Assembly (NCBI GenBank): GCA_024399115.1
Contig: JAKSHZ010000005.1
Coordinates: 1,853-65,852 of the forward strand
DNA length: 64,000 nucleotides
Direction of reading: 5' to 3'
Source: Bacilli bacterium
GTDB taxonomy: Bacteria; Bacillota_I; Bacilli_A; RFN20; CAG-826
A model generated the notes under the pieces. It was given only the letters and a program-made list of their open reading frames with translations, was not told the DNA's origin and did not search any database. Position numbers and translations under genes: made by a program. Of the stretch, positions 30,618 through 41,144 are shown one piece after another (position 1 is the stretch's first letter; every line of letters begins with the position of its first letter).

Positions 30618-32258
30618 ATGTCATTCAATGTTATTTTTAATAACGAAACAAAAACATATAATTCCCCTGTTTTAGTTAAAGATATTATCGGTGATAACAG
30701 GGATTATGTTTGCGCTTACGTAAACAAAAGAGTAAGGGAACTCACTTATAAGGTTGACAAGGACTCAGAGATCGTTCCAATTACTCTCGCAGAAAGAGAT
30801 GCTAAACCAATTTATGAAGCTTCTCTTAGATTTTTAGTTGCTATGGCTTTCCATAACATCTATCCATATTTAAACATCCGCTTCTCATATAACGTTTCGA
30901 GAAGTATTTTCGTTCAGTTCTTAAATGAAGGAATCGCTTCTAACGGTGCAATGGTAAAACAGCTTCAAAAAGAGATGGAAAGACTTGTAGAACTCGATTT
31001 ACCACTCGAAAGAAGCATTGTTTCTAAAGAAGATGCATATAAATTGTTCATGGAAGAAGGCTATGAAGATAAAGCAGAGATCTTAAAATATAGACCTGAA
31101 AAGACTGCTCATATTTATAGATGCGACAACTATAAAAACTATATGTATTCAAGAATGGTTCCATCAACTGGATACATCAACAAATTCAAAATTTTATTCT
31201 ACTATCCAGGATTAATCATTCAATATCCACGTCCAGAAATGAAAGGTGCAATTCCTGAATTCGAAGACGCACCAACTTTTGGAAAAACTTTAAAGAGAGC
31301 TCATCAATGGGCAACCGCTACAGGATGCAACACTATCGTTGGAATCAACCATAGAATTGAACGTGATGGAGATATCGATTTAATCACTCTTTGCGAACAA
31401 AATCATAATCGCCAATTATGTGAATTAGGTCAAATGATTGAAGACGATAGAGAATCAATCAGATTAATTTGCGTTGCAGGTCCTTCATCAAGCGGAAAAA
31501 CAACATTCGCTAATAGATTAAGAATTGAGCTTCTTTCTAGAGGCATTGAACCAATTCGTATCTCATTAGATGATTATTATAAGGATAGAGGTAGTTATCC
31601 TAAGGATGAAAACGGTCAACCAGATTATGAAAGTATTGATGCATTAGATGTTGACTTATTTAACCAAAACATGGCAGACCTAATTTCAGGAGAAGAAGTC
31701 AGACTTCCAAAGTTCGATTTTAAACTTGGAAAACGTGTTGAAGGTAGGTTATTAAAAGTTCCTCTAGATCAACCAATTATTATTGAAGGTATTCACGCTC
31801 TCAACGATAAGATGACTAAAGACATTCCTTCACACCAAAAATTCAAAATTTTCATTGCTCCACAAGCTCAAGTTAATATCGATAATCACAACCCACTTCC
31901 ATTAACTGACTTAAGACTTTTAAGAAGAATTGTTCGTGATAATCAATTCAGAAAAACATCTGCTATTGAGACATTGGCAATGTGGCCAAATGTCCGTAAA
32001 GGCGAATTCAAATGGATCTATGGAACTCAAGAAGGCGCTAACTTTGTATTCAACAGTTTCTCAAGTTATGAATTGAGTGTTATGAAGAAATACGCACTTC
32101 CACTTCTTGAAGAAATCAATCAAGAAAGCGAACACTTCCCTGTCGCTGAACGTTTGATTCGTATGTTAAAGTTCTTCAAAGACATTCCAGATACTTGGGT
32201 ACCATGTAACTCAATTATCAGAGAATTCATTGGCGGATCTTGCTACCAGGACGATTAA
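30618..32258 (+). CDS. uridine/cytidine kinase-family P-loop kinase with an N-terminal ThrRS/AlaRS-like (TGS/SAD) extension
   Basis: LICVAGPSSSGKTTFANRL P-loop and ISLDDYYKDR motifs. Start re-picked to the ATG at 30618 with GGAGG 7 nt upstream. The track start is a TTG. Confidence 0.7.
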   Translation: MSFNVIFNNETKTYNSPVLVKDIIGDNRDYVCAYVNKRVRELTYKVDKDSEIVPITLAERDAKPIYEASLRFLVAMAFHNIYPYLNIRFSYNVSRSIFVQFLNEGIASNGAMVKQLQKEMERLVELDLPLERSIVSKEDAYKLFMEEGYEDKAEILKYRPEKTAHIYRCDNYKNYMYSRMVPSTGYINKFKILFYYPGLIIQYPRPEMKGAIPEFEDAPTFGKTLKRAHQWATATGCNTIVGINHRIERDGDIDLITLCEQNHNRQLCELGQMIEDDRESIRLICVAGPSSSGKTTFANRLRIELLSRGIEPIRISLDDYYKDRGSYPKDENGQPDYESIDALDVDLFNQNMADLISGEEVRLPKFDFKLGKRVEGRLLKVPLDQPIIIEGIHALNDKMTKDIPSHQKFKIFIAPQAQVNIDNHNPLPLTDLRLLRRIVRDNQFRKTSAIETLAMWPNVRKGEFKWIYGTQEGANFVFNSFSSYELSVMKKYALPLLEEINQESEHFPVAERLIRMLKFFKDIPDTWVPCNSIIREFIGGSCYQDD

Positions 32259-32320
32259 TATTAATCACATTTCTTTAAAAGAAAATGAAACCATACTATT
32301 ATTAATAAGGTTTAGAAAGT

Positions 32321-33172
32321 ATGGTTTTTTTATTACTAGCAATTTTATCATCAACAACCATCGCAATTCTCATGCGTTTATCAGGAAACTTTGTTTCTAA
32401 TAAAACCATGATGTTTTTATCTAACTATGTTATTTGCACTATTTGTTCTATCTTCTTTATTGGAGATATCTCAGCATATAGTGGCACTTCTGCTATTGCT
32501 TTCCCAATTTGGTTTGGTATTTTAACTGGATTCTTTTATTTAGCGTGTTTCTTATTTTTAGAATTTAATATAAGAAAGAACGGCGTTGTTTTATCTAACA
32601 CCTTCTCAAAATTAGGAATTGTCGTTCCAGTTATTATCTCTATTGTCTTTTTTAAAGAGGTTCCAGGACCAACCACTATTATCGGTATCGTTTTAGCTAT
32701 TGTTGCTATTATCGTGATGAACTTATCTAAACCTAATAAAGAGGGGAATAAAGGTTTCAATTTTGGTTCACTATTCTTAATCGGATTATTGCTACTTGGT
32801 GGTTTATCTGATGGAACTAGCACTATTTTTGAAAATTTAGGCGAGCTCAACCTTCAAGGACTGTACTTATTCTTCATTTTTAGTTCTGCTTTAGTTTTCT
32901 GCACAATTTTATTGTTTGTTCAAAGAAAGAAAATTTCTAAATACGATATCTTATTTGGCGCTGCGATCGGTATTCCAAATTATTTCTCGTCTTTCTTCTT
33001 AATTAATTCACTGAATAGCATTGATGCTGTAATAGTTTATCCAACATACAGTGTTTCAATTATTGTTTTAGTTGCTTTAGCTGGTGTCTTAATATTTAAA
33101 GAAAAGCTCAAATTAAAAGACTATATCGGAATAGTCATAATTATGGCATCTGTTGCGTTATTAAATATTTAA
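32321..33172 (+). CDS. EamA/DMT-superfamily membrane transporter
   Basis: 283 aa, about 10 TM helices, two EamA-like halves. Confidence 0.6.
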   Translation: MVFLLLAILSSTTIAILMRLSGNFVSNKTMMFLSNYVICTICSIFFIGDISAYSGTSAIAFPIWFGILTGFFYLACFLFLEFNIRKNGVVLSNTFSKLGIVVPVIISIVFFKEVPGPTTIIGIVLAIVAIIVMNLSKPNKEGNKGFNFGSLFLIGLLLLGGLSDGTSTIFENLGELNLQGLYLFFIFSSALVFCTILLFVQRKKISKYDILFGAAIGIPNYFSSFFLINSLNSIDAVIVYPTYSVSIIVLVALAGVLIFKEKLKLKDYIGIVIIMASVALLNI

Positions 33173-33173
33173 A

Positions 33174-33200
33174 AAACTCGATTGAATCGAGTTTTATTTT
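33174..33200. terminator. bidirectional rho-independent terminator
   Basis: AAAAAACTCGATTgaATCGAGTTTTATTTT. Confidence 0.6.
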
Positions 33201-34324
33201 ACTGGACTTAATTGAGAGAACTTAATGCTTTCTCTTTGATGAATTGCTACTAATTGAGCGTAATATAAGTTTCTCATGCTGATATATTGAGCCATTTGAT
33301 CTTCACTTACTCTCTTAGAGAATAAAGAAGTGAAGACTTTTTCTAATCTAAAGAAACTTTCATATAAGCATAAGAATGTTAAGTAATAGAAGAATTGTTT
33401 TCTAGAATAAATTAACAATGGGGTGCTATGAATAACTTCGCTTGATAATTCATATCTTTGGTTATAAGCTTCAAGGCCAGCCAATTTTTGAAGACCATCT
33501 CTGAAGTTTAATTTGAAGTTCTCGTCTTCCTTAGTTCCTGGGATTCCATACATCCAACCATATTCGATATATTTCTTAATATCTTTTGACTTCAAGTTAT
33601 AACCTTTCATCTCTTCTTTCATTTTATAGAAGATTTGATCTTGCTTTTCTTTATCTTCAATTGAATTATTGAAAGCTAAACCATATTGCATGTGTTTTAG
33701 ATAGTTATTCATTAATTCATCACCATATTTATCTAAAAGAATTAATGTACATTCACATTCGTGAAGAGTACGCCAAGAAGCAAAGGCTTCTGTTTCATAA
33801 CCTTCAACTAATAAATTAAGGATGCAACGAGAGATACTAAGTGATTTATTAAGCAAATCTACGATTAAAGTAGAACGTGGGTCATTCTTTCTATAGGAAT
33901 TAATGATGTTTAACATGAAATTGATGTAAATATCTAAGCTACTTGCAGGTGGTAAGAATTTATTAGTCATCTTTCCTTGGTCATGATTAAACATTGATAA
34001 AGAAATGTATTTATCAGCAACTACACCAGCGATTTGATTCATTACTTCTTCGTTTTTAATTCTGCTGTAGTTATTTGGATCATTATCGATTGAATATAAA
34101 ATTTCTCCAGCTGTATAAAGAATAATTTGTCTTTGATCGATGTCTTTACTAAGAATGTTTTCATGAGATGAATTAAGCATCTCAATGCCTTCGTTAGCTA
34201 AAAGATAAATCTCATAACAAAATTCATTATCAAAAAATTCAGGTAATCCTAAATATGATAAACCTGCCATAAAAGTATCTTTGGATAATGGTTTGCTTAA
34301 ATTATTCAACTTCTCGTACCTCAC
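33194..34324 (-). CDS. hypothetical protein, last gene of the addB-addA operon
   Basis: 376-aa uninterrupted ORF in AT-rich DNA, overlapping the addA stop by 23 nt. No recognisable motif. Start uncertain: GTG at 34324 or ATG at 34270, and neither has an SD. Confidence 0.55.
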   Translation of the reverse strand: MRYEKLNNLSKPLSKDTFMAGLSYLGLPEFFDNEFCYEIYLLANEGIEMLNSSHENILSKDIDQRQIILYTAGEILYSIDNDPNNYSRIKNEEVMNQIAGVVADKYISLSMFNHDQGKMTNKFLPPASSLDIYINFMLNIINSYRKNDPRSTLIVDLLNKSLSISRCILNLLVEGYETEAFASWRTLHECECTLILLDKYGDELMNNYLKHMQYGLAFNNSIEDKEKQDQIFYKMKEEMKGYNLKSKDIKKYIEYGWMYGIPGTKEDENFKLNFRDGLQKLAGLEAYNQRYELSSEVIHSTPLLIYSRKQFFYYLTFLCLYESFFRLEKVFTSLFSKRVSEDQMAQYISMRNLYYAQLVAIHQRESIKFSQLSPVK

Positions 34325-37310
34325 CAGTTATAGCGCTAACTAAATATTTTTTAATAGGTAATGTAATTATTTTTTTAACATAATCAGCGTAAATATTCAA
34401 CTGTTCATCATAATGAACATCTGAAATATTCTTCAATTTGAAGTCGATAATATCTACTTCATCATCTTTTAAAATAAGACAGTCGATTATACCCGTAACA
34501 TTATTTATCTCATCGTAGAACTTATATTCATGTAAAATCTTAGCGTCTAAAACATCTTTAAAGACATATGATGAAACAACATTATTAACGAATCTCTTCA
34601 TTAATGGGTCATTTATGTAGGATAAGTTATTTGTTTCAAAATCATATAGTTCTAATGCATAGTGAAGCTTAGTACCAAAGTCAAGTGCACCATCATCAGC
34701 GTCGATTGTTTTTTGCTTACTTGCCTTCTTTTTTACAATCTCTTTTGCCTCAATATTTATAGACTTAATTTCGATGTCTTGTTTTTCTTTTTTATCACTA
34801 GAAGAAATTAACTTTTCATCAGTAATTTCATAGTCCGCAATATATTTTCTATACTTAATAGAACTTATGAAAGAAATGAAACTATTTGCCTTAGTAATAT
34901 CAAAACATGTCTTCTCTAATTTCTTAGTATTAGCAAGCATGACAATCTTTTCTCTAGGACGAGTTAATGCGACATAGAAAAGTCTAAGTTTTTCTTCAAA
35001 ATCCTCGCTAACATCTCTATCTTTAATTAAATGCAAAATCAAAGAATCATATGATGTTCTTCCTACAACCGGGAAAGTAACACCGTATGTTTGATCCGCA
35101 ATAAATGATGATGTTTGAAGGGTTCTATTGAATTTTACATCTAAAAATGGGAAATATACGATTGGGTATTCCAATCCTTTGGACTTGTGAATGTTAATTA
35201 AAGTAACTGCATTTTCAGCATTTGAATTGTCTGAGAAGGATAATTCTACATCTGAAGTTAAGTGGTCAAAGAAATCGTACATATCTTTAATGCCATACCC
35301 TAACGAATCCATATTTGAAGCAAATCCAAGGAAGACATCGCACTTATGAGATCCAGACGAGCAATCACCTAAAGAAGGTATCTTTGAATAGATATCAAAT
35401 TCTTCATAAAGTGCGTAAAGAATTTCGTTTAAAGAAGAATCAAAATGAACAGAAACAACATTCTTAATTTTCTTAGAAATTTCTAATTCAGAAAGGGTAG
35501 ATAATTTGATATTTCTATAGATGTTTCTATCACTATCTCTTACTAAGAAAGAGCGTGCAATTGAACAGTATGCATGTTTAAATTCATTATCGTATTCTCC
35601 ATATTTGCATTTATAGAATAACTTAATTAAATTCTTTGTAACGTAGGTTATTTCAGTACTGCTTAATGATTCGTCTTGAATTGCGTTAATTGGAATATTC
35701 TTTGATGAGAAATATTTCTTAATATCATCAAACTTAGTCTTACGATCAATGATAATTGCAAAGTCTTTAAATGTACAAGGTCTGAATTCTTTCTTATCAA
35801 CGACTTTATATCCACTATTAATCTTTCTAATAATGTCACTTGTGATAATGGCCATTTCTTTATCAAAAGCTTTTTCGCCTTCTTCTAAAGTATATGTTGC
35901 TAAATCTACATTATAATTAGCACCTTCTTGGATATTAGAAAGATAGCCTTTATTACCAAACTTAAAGCTATGTCCATTGTTATAGTTAATAATGTTATTT
36001 TCTCTAGTCATGAGTTGACCAAAAATATCGTTGATCGCAACAACGATTTCTTCTCTAGAACGGAAAGATTGATTTAAATCAATTTCCTCTCCGCCTTCAC
36101 CAGCTTTGTAATTGTTAAACTTATCATTAAAAATGTTACAGTTTGCATTTCTAAATCTATAAATTGATTGCTTAACATCGCCGACCATGTATAAGTTATT
36201 CCTACTTAATTTAGTAATTACTTCTTCTTGAACATCAGATGTATCTTGATATTCATCTACTAAAATATAGTCAAATAATTCGCTTACTTCTTTGCATACA
36301 CTGGCATTTCTAACTAATTTAATTGCAAATTTTGCAATATCAGAGAATGAGAAAGAATTATGTTCCTTTTGGAATTTTACTAATTCTTCATCTACTTCTT
36401 TTGCGATGCTAACTAATAAAAGAACATATTTCTTATAGATATCGAAGTTCGATTTGATATATTCTGATGAACCATAATCAGATTCACAAAGGCTATTGAT
36501 GCTCTTCTTAATGTAATCTCTTAATTCTGAACCTGCAGACCTTTTATATTTAGGTTTACCTTGAATGAATAAATTACGTAACTCATCATAATTCTTTGCA
36601 GCAAGGTATGTATCGATATATCCTTCATATTCCTCTGCTACTTCAGTTTGCTCTAAGTCATTACATAAATCCTTTAATTTAAGGAGTGTGTAGATGTTAT
36701 TTTTATATTCATACTCGATTAGATTATCGATAAAACTATCATGTAAATAATTAGCACTGAATGACTTATAGAATTCCTCTTTATCTAATTGTAAATTTGC
36801 TAAGTTAATAATTTGTTTAGTTAATTCCCTTAAAGTTTCATCATTTTTGAAACTGAATCTTATTATCATTTCTTCGAAAACTGGATCTTTAACACTATAG
36901 TAGTTGGTAAAAACTTTATCTATAATGCTGTCTTCTTCGATTTGTAAAATGCAATGTTCAATTACGTTAATCGATGGAGATAGGTTTAAAACAGTCGAAT
37001 ATTTCTTAACTAAAAATAAACAGAAAGCATCAAAAGTCTCAATATGTGAGTTTTCGATATCTGGAGCCAGGTGAGCCAACTCAGAATCTTCTAAAATTTT
37101 ATCTCTAACACGCGATTTCATCTCCATTGCAGCAGCGTTAGTGAAGGTTAAAACTAAGAAGCGAGTGATGTCTGCTCCTTTTTTAACTAATCTATAGATC
37201 CTTTCACTTAAAACAGCAGTTTTGCCACTACCTGCACCAGCGGAAACGAGGATGTTATGACCCACATTATCAATAGCTAGCTTTTGCTCATCTGACCAAT
37301 CAATTGCCAT
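34302..37310 (-). CDS. addA: ATP-dependent helicase/nuclease subunit A (AddA/RexA)
   Basis: UvrD-like motifs (SAGAGSGKT; VDEYQDT) plus a C-terminal PD-(D/E)xK nuclease motif (IDCLILKDDEVDIIDFK). Start re-picked to the ATG at 37310 (MAIDW), which has GGAGG 9 nt upstream and lies 5 nt after the addB TGA. Confidence 0.85.
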   Translation of the reverse strand: MAIDWSDEQKLAIDNVGHNILVSAGAGSGKTAVLSERIYRLVKKGADITRFLVLTFTNAAAMEMKSRVRDKILEDSELAHLAPDIENSHIETFDAFCLFLVKKYSTVLNLSPSINVIEHCILQIEEDSIIDKVFTNYYSVKDPVFEEMIIRFSFKNDETLRELTKQIINLANLQLDKEEFYKSFSANYLHDSFIDNLIEYEYKNNIYTLLKLKDLCNDLEQTEVAEEYEGYIDTYLAAKNYDELRNLFIQGKPKYKRSAGSELRDYIKKSINSLCESDYGSSEYIKSNFDIYKKYVLLLVSIAKEVDEELVKFQKEHNSFSFSDIAKFAIKLVRNASVCKEVSELFDYILVDEYQDTSDVQEEVITKLSRNNLYMVGDVKQSIYRFRNANCNIFNDKFNNYKAGEGGEEIDLNQSFRSREEIVVAINDIFGQLMTRENNIINYNNGHSFKFGNKGYLSNIQEGANYNVDLATYTLEEGEKAFDKEMAIITSDIIRKINSGYKVVDKKEFRPCTFKDFAIIIDRKTKFDDIKKYFSSKNIPINAIQDESLSSTEITYVTKNLIKLFYKCKYGEYDNEFKHAYCSIARSFLVRDSDRNIYRNIKLSTLSELEISKKIKNVVSVHFDSSLNEILYALYEEFDIYSKIPSLGDCSSGSHKCDVFLGFASNMDSLGYGIKDMYDFFDHLTSDVELSFSDNSNAENAVTLINIHKSKGLEYPIVYFPFLDVKFNRTLQTSSFIADQTYGVTFPVVGRTSYDSLILHLIKDRDVSEDFEEKLRLFYVALTRPREKIVMLANTKKLEKTCFDITKANSFISFISSIKYRKYIADYEITDEKLISSSDKKEKQDIEIKSINIEAKEIVKKKASKQKTIDADDGALDFGTKLHYALELYDFETNNLSYINDPLMKRFVNNVVSSYVFKDVLDAKILHEYKFYDEINNVTGIIDCLILKDDEVDIIDFKLKNISDVHYDEQLNIYADYVKKIITLPIKKYLVSAITGEVREVE

Positions 37311-39603
37311 TAGACTCATCCTCCTCTTCTTTCTTACCGCGTTTTTGATAGTCGCGTACAAAACAAATATCTCTATGCTCGCAATATTTGCATGGATCAT
37401 TAGCATCTACAAACAAAGGAGCGATTTCAAATTCGTTATTTCTAATTTTTCTATCAACTTCTAAATATTTATCTAAGACAATGTCCTGCATTTGTTTCAT
37501 TTCTTCATCGCCAACAATGTAGCTATTGTTCTTAAATTTGCCACCTTTTTGGCTTAAACCGCTTATGAATAGGGACTTACCATTAATAATTGAAGAATCG
37601 ATTTTTGACACATATTGCAAATCTGCAACTGTAACACCATTGAGTTTTAGATAACTATCGATGAGTTCATCTTCACCTTTTTCTAGTGTAAAACTTCTAT
37701 TTATTACGTTATTAATATATAAGCCTGTTATGTGATAATCTTTAAATTCTTTAGATGTAGAGAAAAGATATGCATAAGTAGGAAGTTGCATTGAAAGTCC
37801 ATATTCTAATTGGCTCTTTTTAAAACCTTCTTTGCCAGTTTTATAATCTACTAAGATGGCATCTGATCCATCTAAAATCATCGCCTTATCAATCTTTCCT
37901 TCTAATAAAGTATTTGGTTTTATATATGTATGTAAATTCAATTCTGTTTTGATTTCAGGCTTTTCTGCAAATTTTGTGTAGTGTAAAATTGCAGCATTAC
38001 TTGCGTGTCTAATATCTTCTTTTAATTTATCTACAAAAAGTTCCTCATCAGGTTCCCACTTTTGTTCGCTTCTAGCTTTCTCAAACGCTTCTTCAAAGTT
38101 AAAATCGGGATCGTATTGATGTTCGAAAACATAATGGGCAACAGTTCCAAATTTAGTATTGAAATTGTCCTCAAAAGTAGAGATTTTAAGAACGCTATTT
38201 AGATAATATGCAAAAGGACATTCGTAGTACGTCTTAATACTTGTATAGGAAAACTTAAGAAAATCAGTCTCAGAGATTGCTTCTGCATTAGTATAGCTAT
38301 TATCGTAATCTCTATAACTAAAATCTAATTGTGAGTCTAAAGACTCCATGCATTTTGAGTATTGTAAGAAATATAATTCATTGTCTTTATCTAATCCTAA
38401 TCGATAGCTTCCATATTTCTTTGAATAAATGGTATCAGGTAAATCCTTAACTTCGACTTCGATAATGCCTAATGATTTCACAAAAGGAGAAGGGAAATAT
38501 CTTTCGTTTATAGATGCAGATGATCTAGAAAGATAAAATTTGTTGTTTGAAAGAAGGAATGCTTTAGAAATAGAATCTTCAATTCTACATTCTTCTAAGG
38601 AAGTTAATACTCCAAGCTCTCTCTTTTCTGCATCAGAAACATACTCTACATCTTTGAATGATTTTGGGAAAATGTTTTGCGCAAAGCAAGGAATAAAAAT
38701 ATGCTTATTCTCAACAAAGATAGGGCCTGATACAACGTTTACTGCGTTTTCATAGCGAGTTCTAGCAATCTTTCTTGTTTTTAAATAAGAACTTACATAG
38801 TCGTACTTTTTCTCAAAAGGAAGTTCGATTGAGCAAACATCTACTAACAATTCAAGAATGTCTTCCCCAATAAAAACATTAGGATCCTTAAGAAACTCAA
38901 AGGCAAGTTCAAAAGATTCTGTAATCTTAGCAATACTTAAGAATTCAGCTACTGATTCTTGGGAATAAATCGTAACGTCATTTGGAAGATTTACTTTATA
39001 ACCGAACGAATCATAAAAGCGTTTTATGTAGAAGAGTGCGTTCTCATTCTTGGTATATATGTACACATCTTCAGGCGAAACGCCGCTATCAAGTAATTTT
39101 GCAATCTCATTAAGCATGTAAAAAACTTCATCTTCAATTAGAGAAAATTTCTTAATTACTAATTCATTATTTCCTTTTGAAAATGAGATAAATCTATGTG
39201 GTATCTCAAATTTATTAAGTAAGGTTATAAGTTCTTTATCAGTTTTGTCATAACCATAGATTTCTATTTCTTTATTTTTAATAAATTGATCAAAGAATTC
39301 ATCTTTGTCGATTAATTTTTCCTTTTCTAGTTCCGCTTTAAGATTATAAAGATTAATGTTCTTTTCTCTTTGACATCCAACACTAGTTCTTGGAATATAT
39401 GGAAGAATTTTTAATAAGTTGTCATATTTAAAATCTTTTTTAGAATAAAGATAATATGTTCCGACATCCGTTACTCGTCCGTAAAATTTTTCTAAAAGTT
39501 CTTCTTTAGTTAATAATTTTGGGTTAGCAAAAATATCATCTTTTCTACAATAAGAAAGGATGTTTTTATGCATTTGAGATGGAGCTAAAATTATCTTTTC
39601 CAT
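37300..39603 (-). CDS. addB: ATP-dependent helicase/nuclease subunit B (AddB/RexB), compact
   Basis: C-terminal nuclease region with VDYKTGK and the Cys cluster CKYCEHRDICF. Located upstream of and coupled to addA. Start set to the ATG at 39603; the track start is a TTG. Confidence 0.75.
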   Translation of the reverse strand: MEKIILAPSQMHKNILSYCRKDDIFANPKLLTKEELLEKFYGRVTDVGTYYLYSKKDFKYDNLLKILPYIPRTSVGCQREKNINLYNLKAELEKEKLIDKDEFFDQFIKNKEIEIYGYDKTDKELITLLNKFEIPHRFISFSKGNNELVIKKFSLIEDEVFYMLNEIAKLLDSGVSPEDVYIYTKNENALFYIKRFYDSFGYKVNLPNDVTIYSQESVAEFLSIAKITESFELAFEFLKDPNVFIGEDILELLVDVCSIELPFEKKYDYVSSYLKTRKIARTRYENAVNVVSGPIFVENKHIFIPCFAQNIFPKSFKDVEYVSDAEKRELGVLTSLEECRIEDSISKAFLLSNNKFYLSRSSASINERYFPSPFVKSLGIIEVEVKDLPDTIYSKKYGSYRLGLDKDNELYFLQYSKCMESLDSQLDFSYRDYDNSYTNAEAISETDFLKFSYTSIKTYYECPFAYYLNSVLKISTFEDNFNTKFGTVAHYVFEHQYDPDFNFEEAFEKARSEQKWEPDEELFVDKLKEDIRHASNAAILHYTKFAEKPEIKTELNLHTYIKPNTLLEGKIDKAMILDGSDAILVDYKTGKEGFKKSQLEYGLSMQLPTYAYLFSTSKEFKDYHITGLYINNVINRSFTLEKGEDELIDSYLKLNGVTVADLQYVSKIDSSIINGKSLFISGLSQKGGKFKNNSYIVGDEEMKQMQDIVLDKYLEVDRKIRNNEFEIAPLFVDANDPCKYCEHRDICFVRDYQKRGKKEEEDESNGN

Positions 39604-39663
39604 ACAATAATTATAGCTCAATATTCGTATTTTTTCAAATATGGTTACTAACCATATTTGTAA

Positions 39664-41133
39664 TTATTCTGATTTAAAAAGTCTTGTAGCTTCTACAGCG
39701 AGTTTCCAATTTTTATATTTTCTAGTGACTTCAGACTTATCTAATGATGGACTGTATGAAGCTTGATATGAATGAATTTTCTTAATTTCATCCATACTCT
39801 TATAGAATCCAGTATGTAAACCTGCCATATAAGCGACGCCTAATGCGGTAGTTTCAAGACATGCAGGTAATTTAATGTTTGTTTCTAAGATATCAGATTG
39901 GAATTGCATTAAATATTTATTAGCAGTAGCTCCACCATCAACACCTAAATCATTAATTACGATGCCTGTTTCTTGTTTCATAACTTCAAAGACATCTTTT
40001 GATTGATAAGCGATGCTTTCTAAACAAGCTCTAACGATTTGAGCGGAGTTTGTTCCACGAGTTAATCCAAAGATAGCACCTCTAGCATCATCATCCCAGT
40101 ATGGAGTTCCTAATCCTGTGAAAGCAGGAACAATGTATATTCCGCCAGTATTCTTCACTGAGTTAGCCATATCTTCACTCTCTGAAGATTTATTAATCAA
40201 TTTCATCTCATCACGAACCCATTGAATAACAGCTCCACCAACGAAAACAGAGCCTTCTAAAGCGTATGTAACTTTATCTTCAATTTGCCATGCAACGGTA
40301 GTTAATAAGCCATTATTTGAGAAAGTTGGTTTATCCCCAGTGTTCATTAACATAAAGCAACCTGTTCCATAAGTATTTTTACAGTCGCCTTTTTCGAAGC
40401 ATGTTTGACCAAATAACGCAGCTTGTTGATCGCCTAAAACACCAGTAATTGGAGCCCCATAAATAGTATCTCCATAGTTGAATGAGGATGGGTTAACTGT
40501 TGGTAACATTGACATTGGAATGTTAAAGATTTTGCATAATTCTTCATCCCAAGACATTGTGCTAATATTGTATAAAAGAGTTCTAGATGCATTACTTACA
40601 TCTGTAGCGTGAATCTTTCCTTTGGAAAGTTTATACATAACCCAAGTGTCCATAGTTCCGAAAATGAGTTCACCATTCTCAGCCATTTCTTGAGCACCTG
40701 GAACTGTATCTAAAATAAATCTAATTTTACTAGCGCTAAAATAAGGATTAATAATTAATCCTGTCTTTGAATGAATGAGTTGTTTTTTATCACTAACCGA
40801 TTCACAAATTGCTGTGGTTTGGCGAGATTGCCAAACAATAGCGTTATAAATAGGTTTTCCTGTTTTCTTATTCCAGACAACTGTAGTTTCTCTTTGATTA
40901 GTGATTCCAATTGAATCAATATCGTCTCCAGTTAAGTCATTTTTAACAAGAACTTCATTAATACAATCAGCGACAGAAAGCCAAACATCGATAGCGTCAA
41001 CTTCAACCCAACCAGAATGTGGATATTTGCATTGAATTTCTTTTTGAGCAGTGGCAACTGGTTTTCCGCGCTCGTCAAAAAGCATCGTTCTTGACGAAGT
41101 GGTTCCTTGATCAATCGCTAAAACATATTTCAT
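39664..41133 (-). CDS. glpK: glycerol kinase
   Basis: MKYVLAIDQGTTSSRTMLF; 489 aa. Confidence 0.95.
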   Translation of the reverse strand: MKYVLAIDQGTTSSRTMLFDERGKPVATAQKEIQCKYPHSGWVEVDAIDVWLSVADCINEVLVKNDLTGDDIDSIGITNQRETTVVWNKKTGKPIYNAIVWQSRQTTAICESVSDKKQLIHSKTGLIINPYFSASKIRFILDTVPGAQEMAENGELIFGTMDTWVMYKLSKGKIHATDVSNASRTLLYNISTMSWDEELCKIFNIPMSMLPTVNPSSFNYGDTIYGAPITGVLGDQQAALFGQTCFEKGDCKNTYGTGCFMLMNTGDKPTFSNNGLLTTVAWQIEDKVTYALEGSVFVGGAVIQWVRDEMKLINKSSESEDMANSVKNTGGIYIVPAFTGLGTPYWDDDARGAIFGLTRGTNSAQIVRACLESIAYQSKDVFEVMKQETGIVINDLGVDGGATANKYLMQFQSDILETNIKLPACLETTALGVAYMAGLHTGFYKSMDEIKKIHSYQASYSPSLDKSEVTRKYKNWKLAVEATRLFKSE

Positions 41134-41144
41134 TAGAATACCTA

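Noticed and set aside
37311-37406. Longer addA start at 37406 (MLMIHANIAS...)
   Set aside because: It would overlap addB by 106 nt. The ATG at 37310 (MAIDWSDEQK) has a GGAGG SD at ideal spacing and matches the usual AddA N-terminus.
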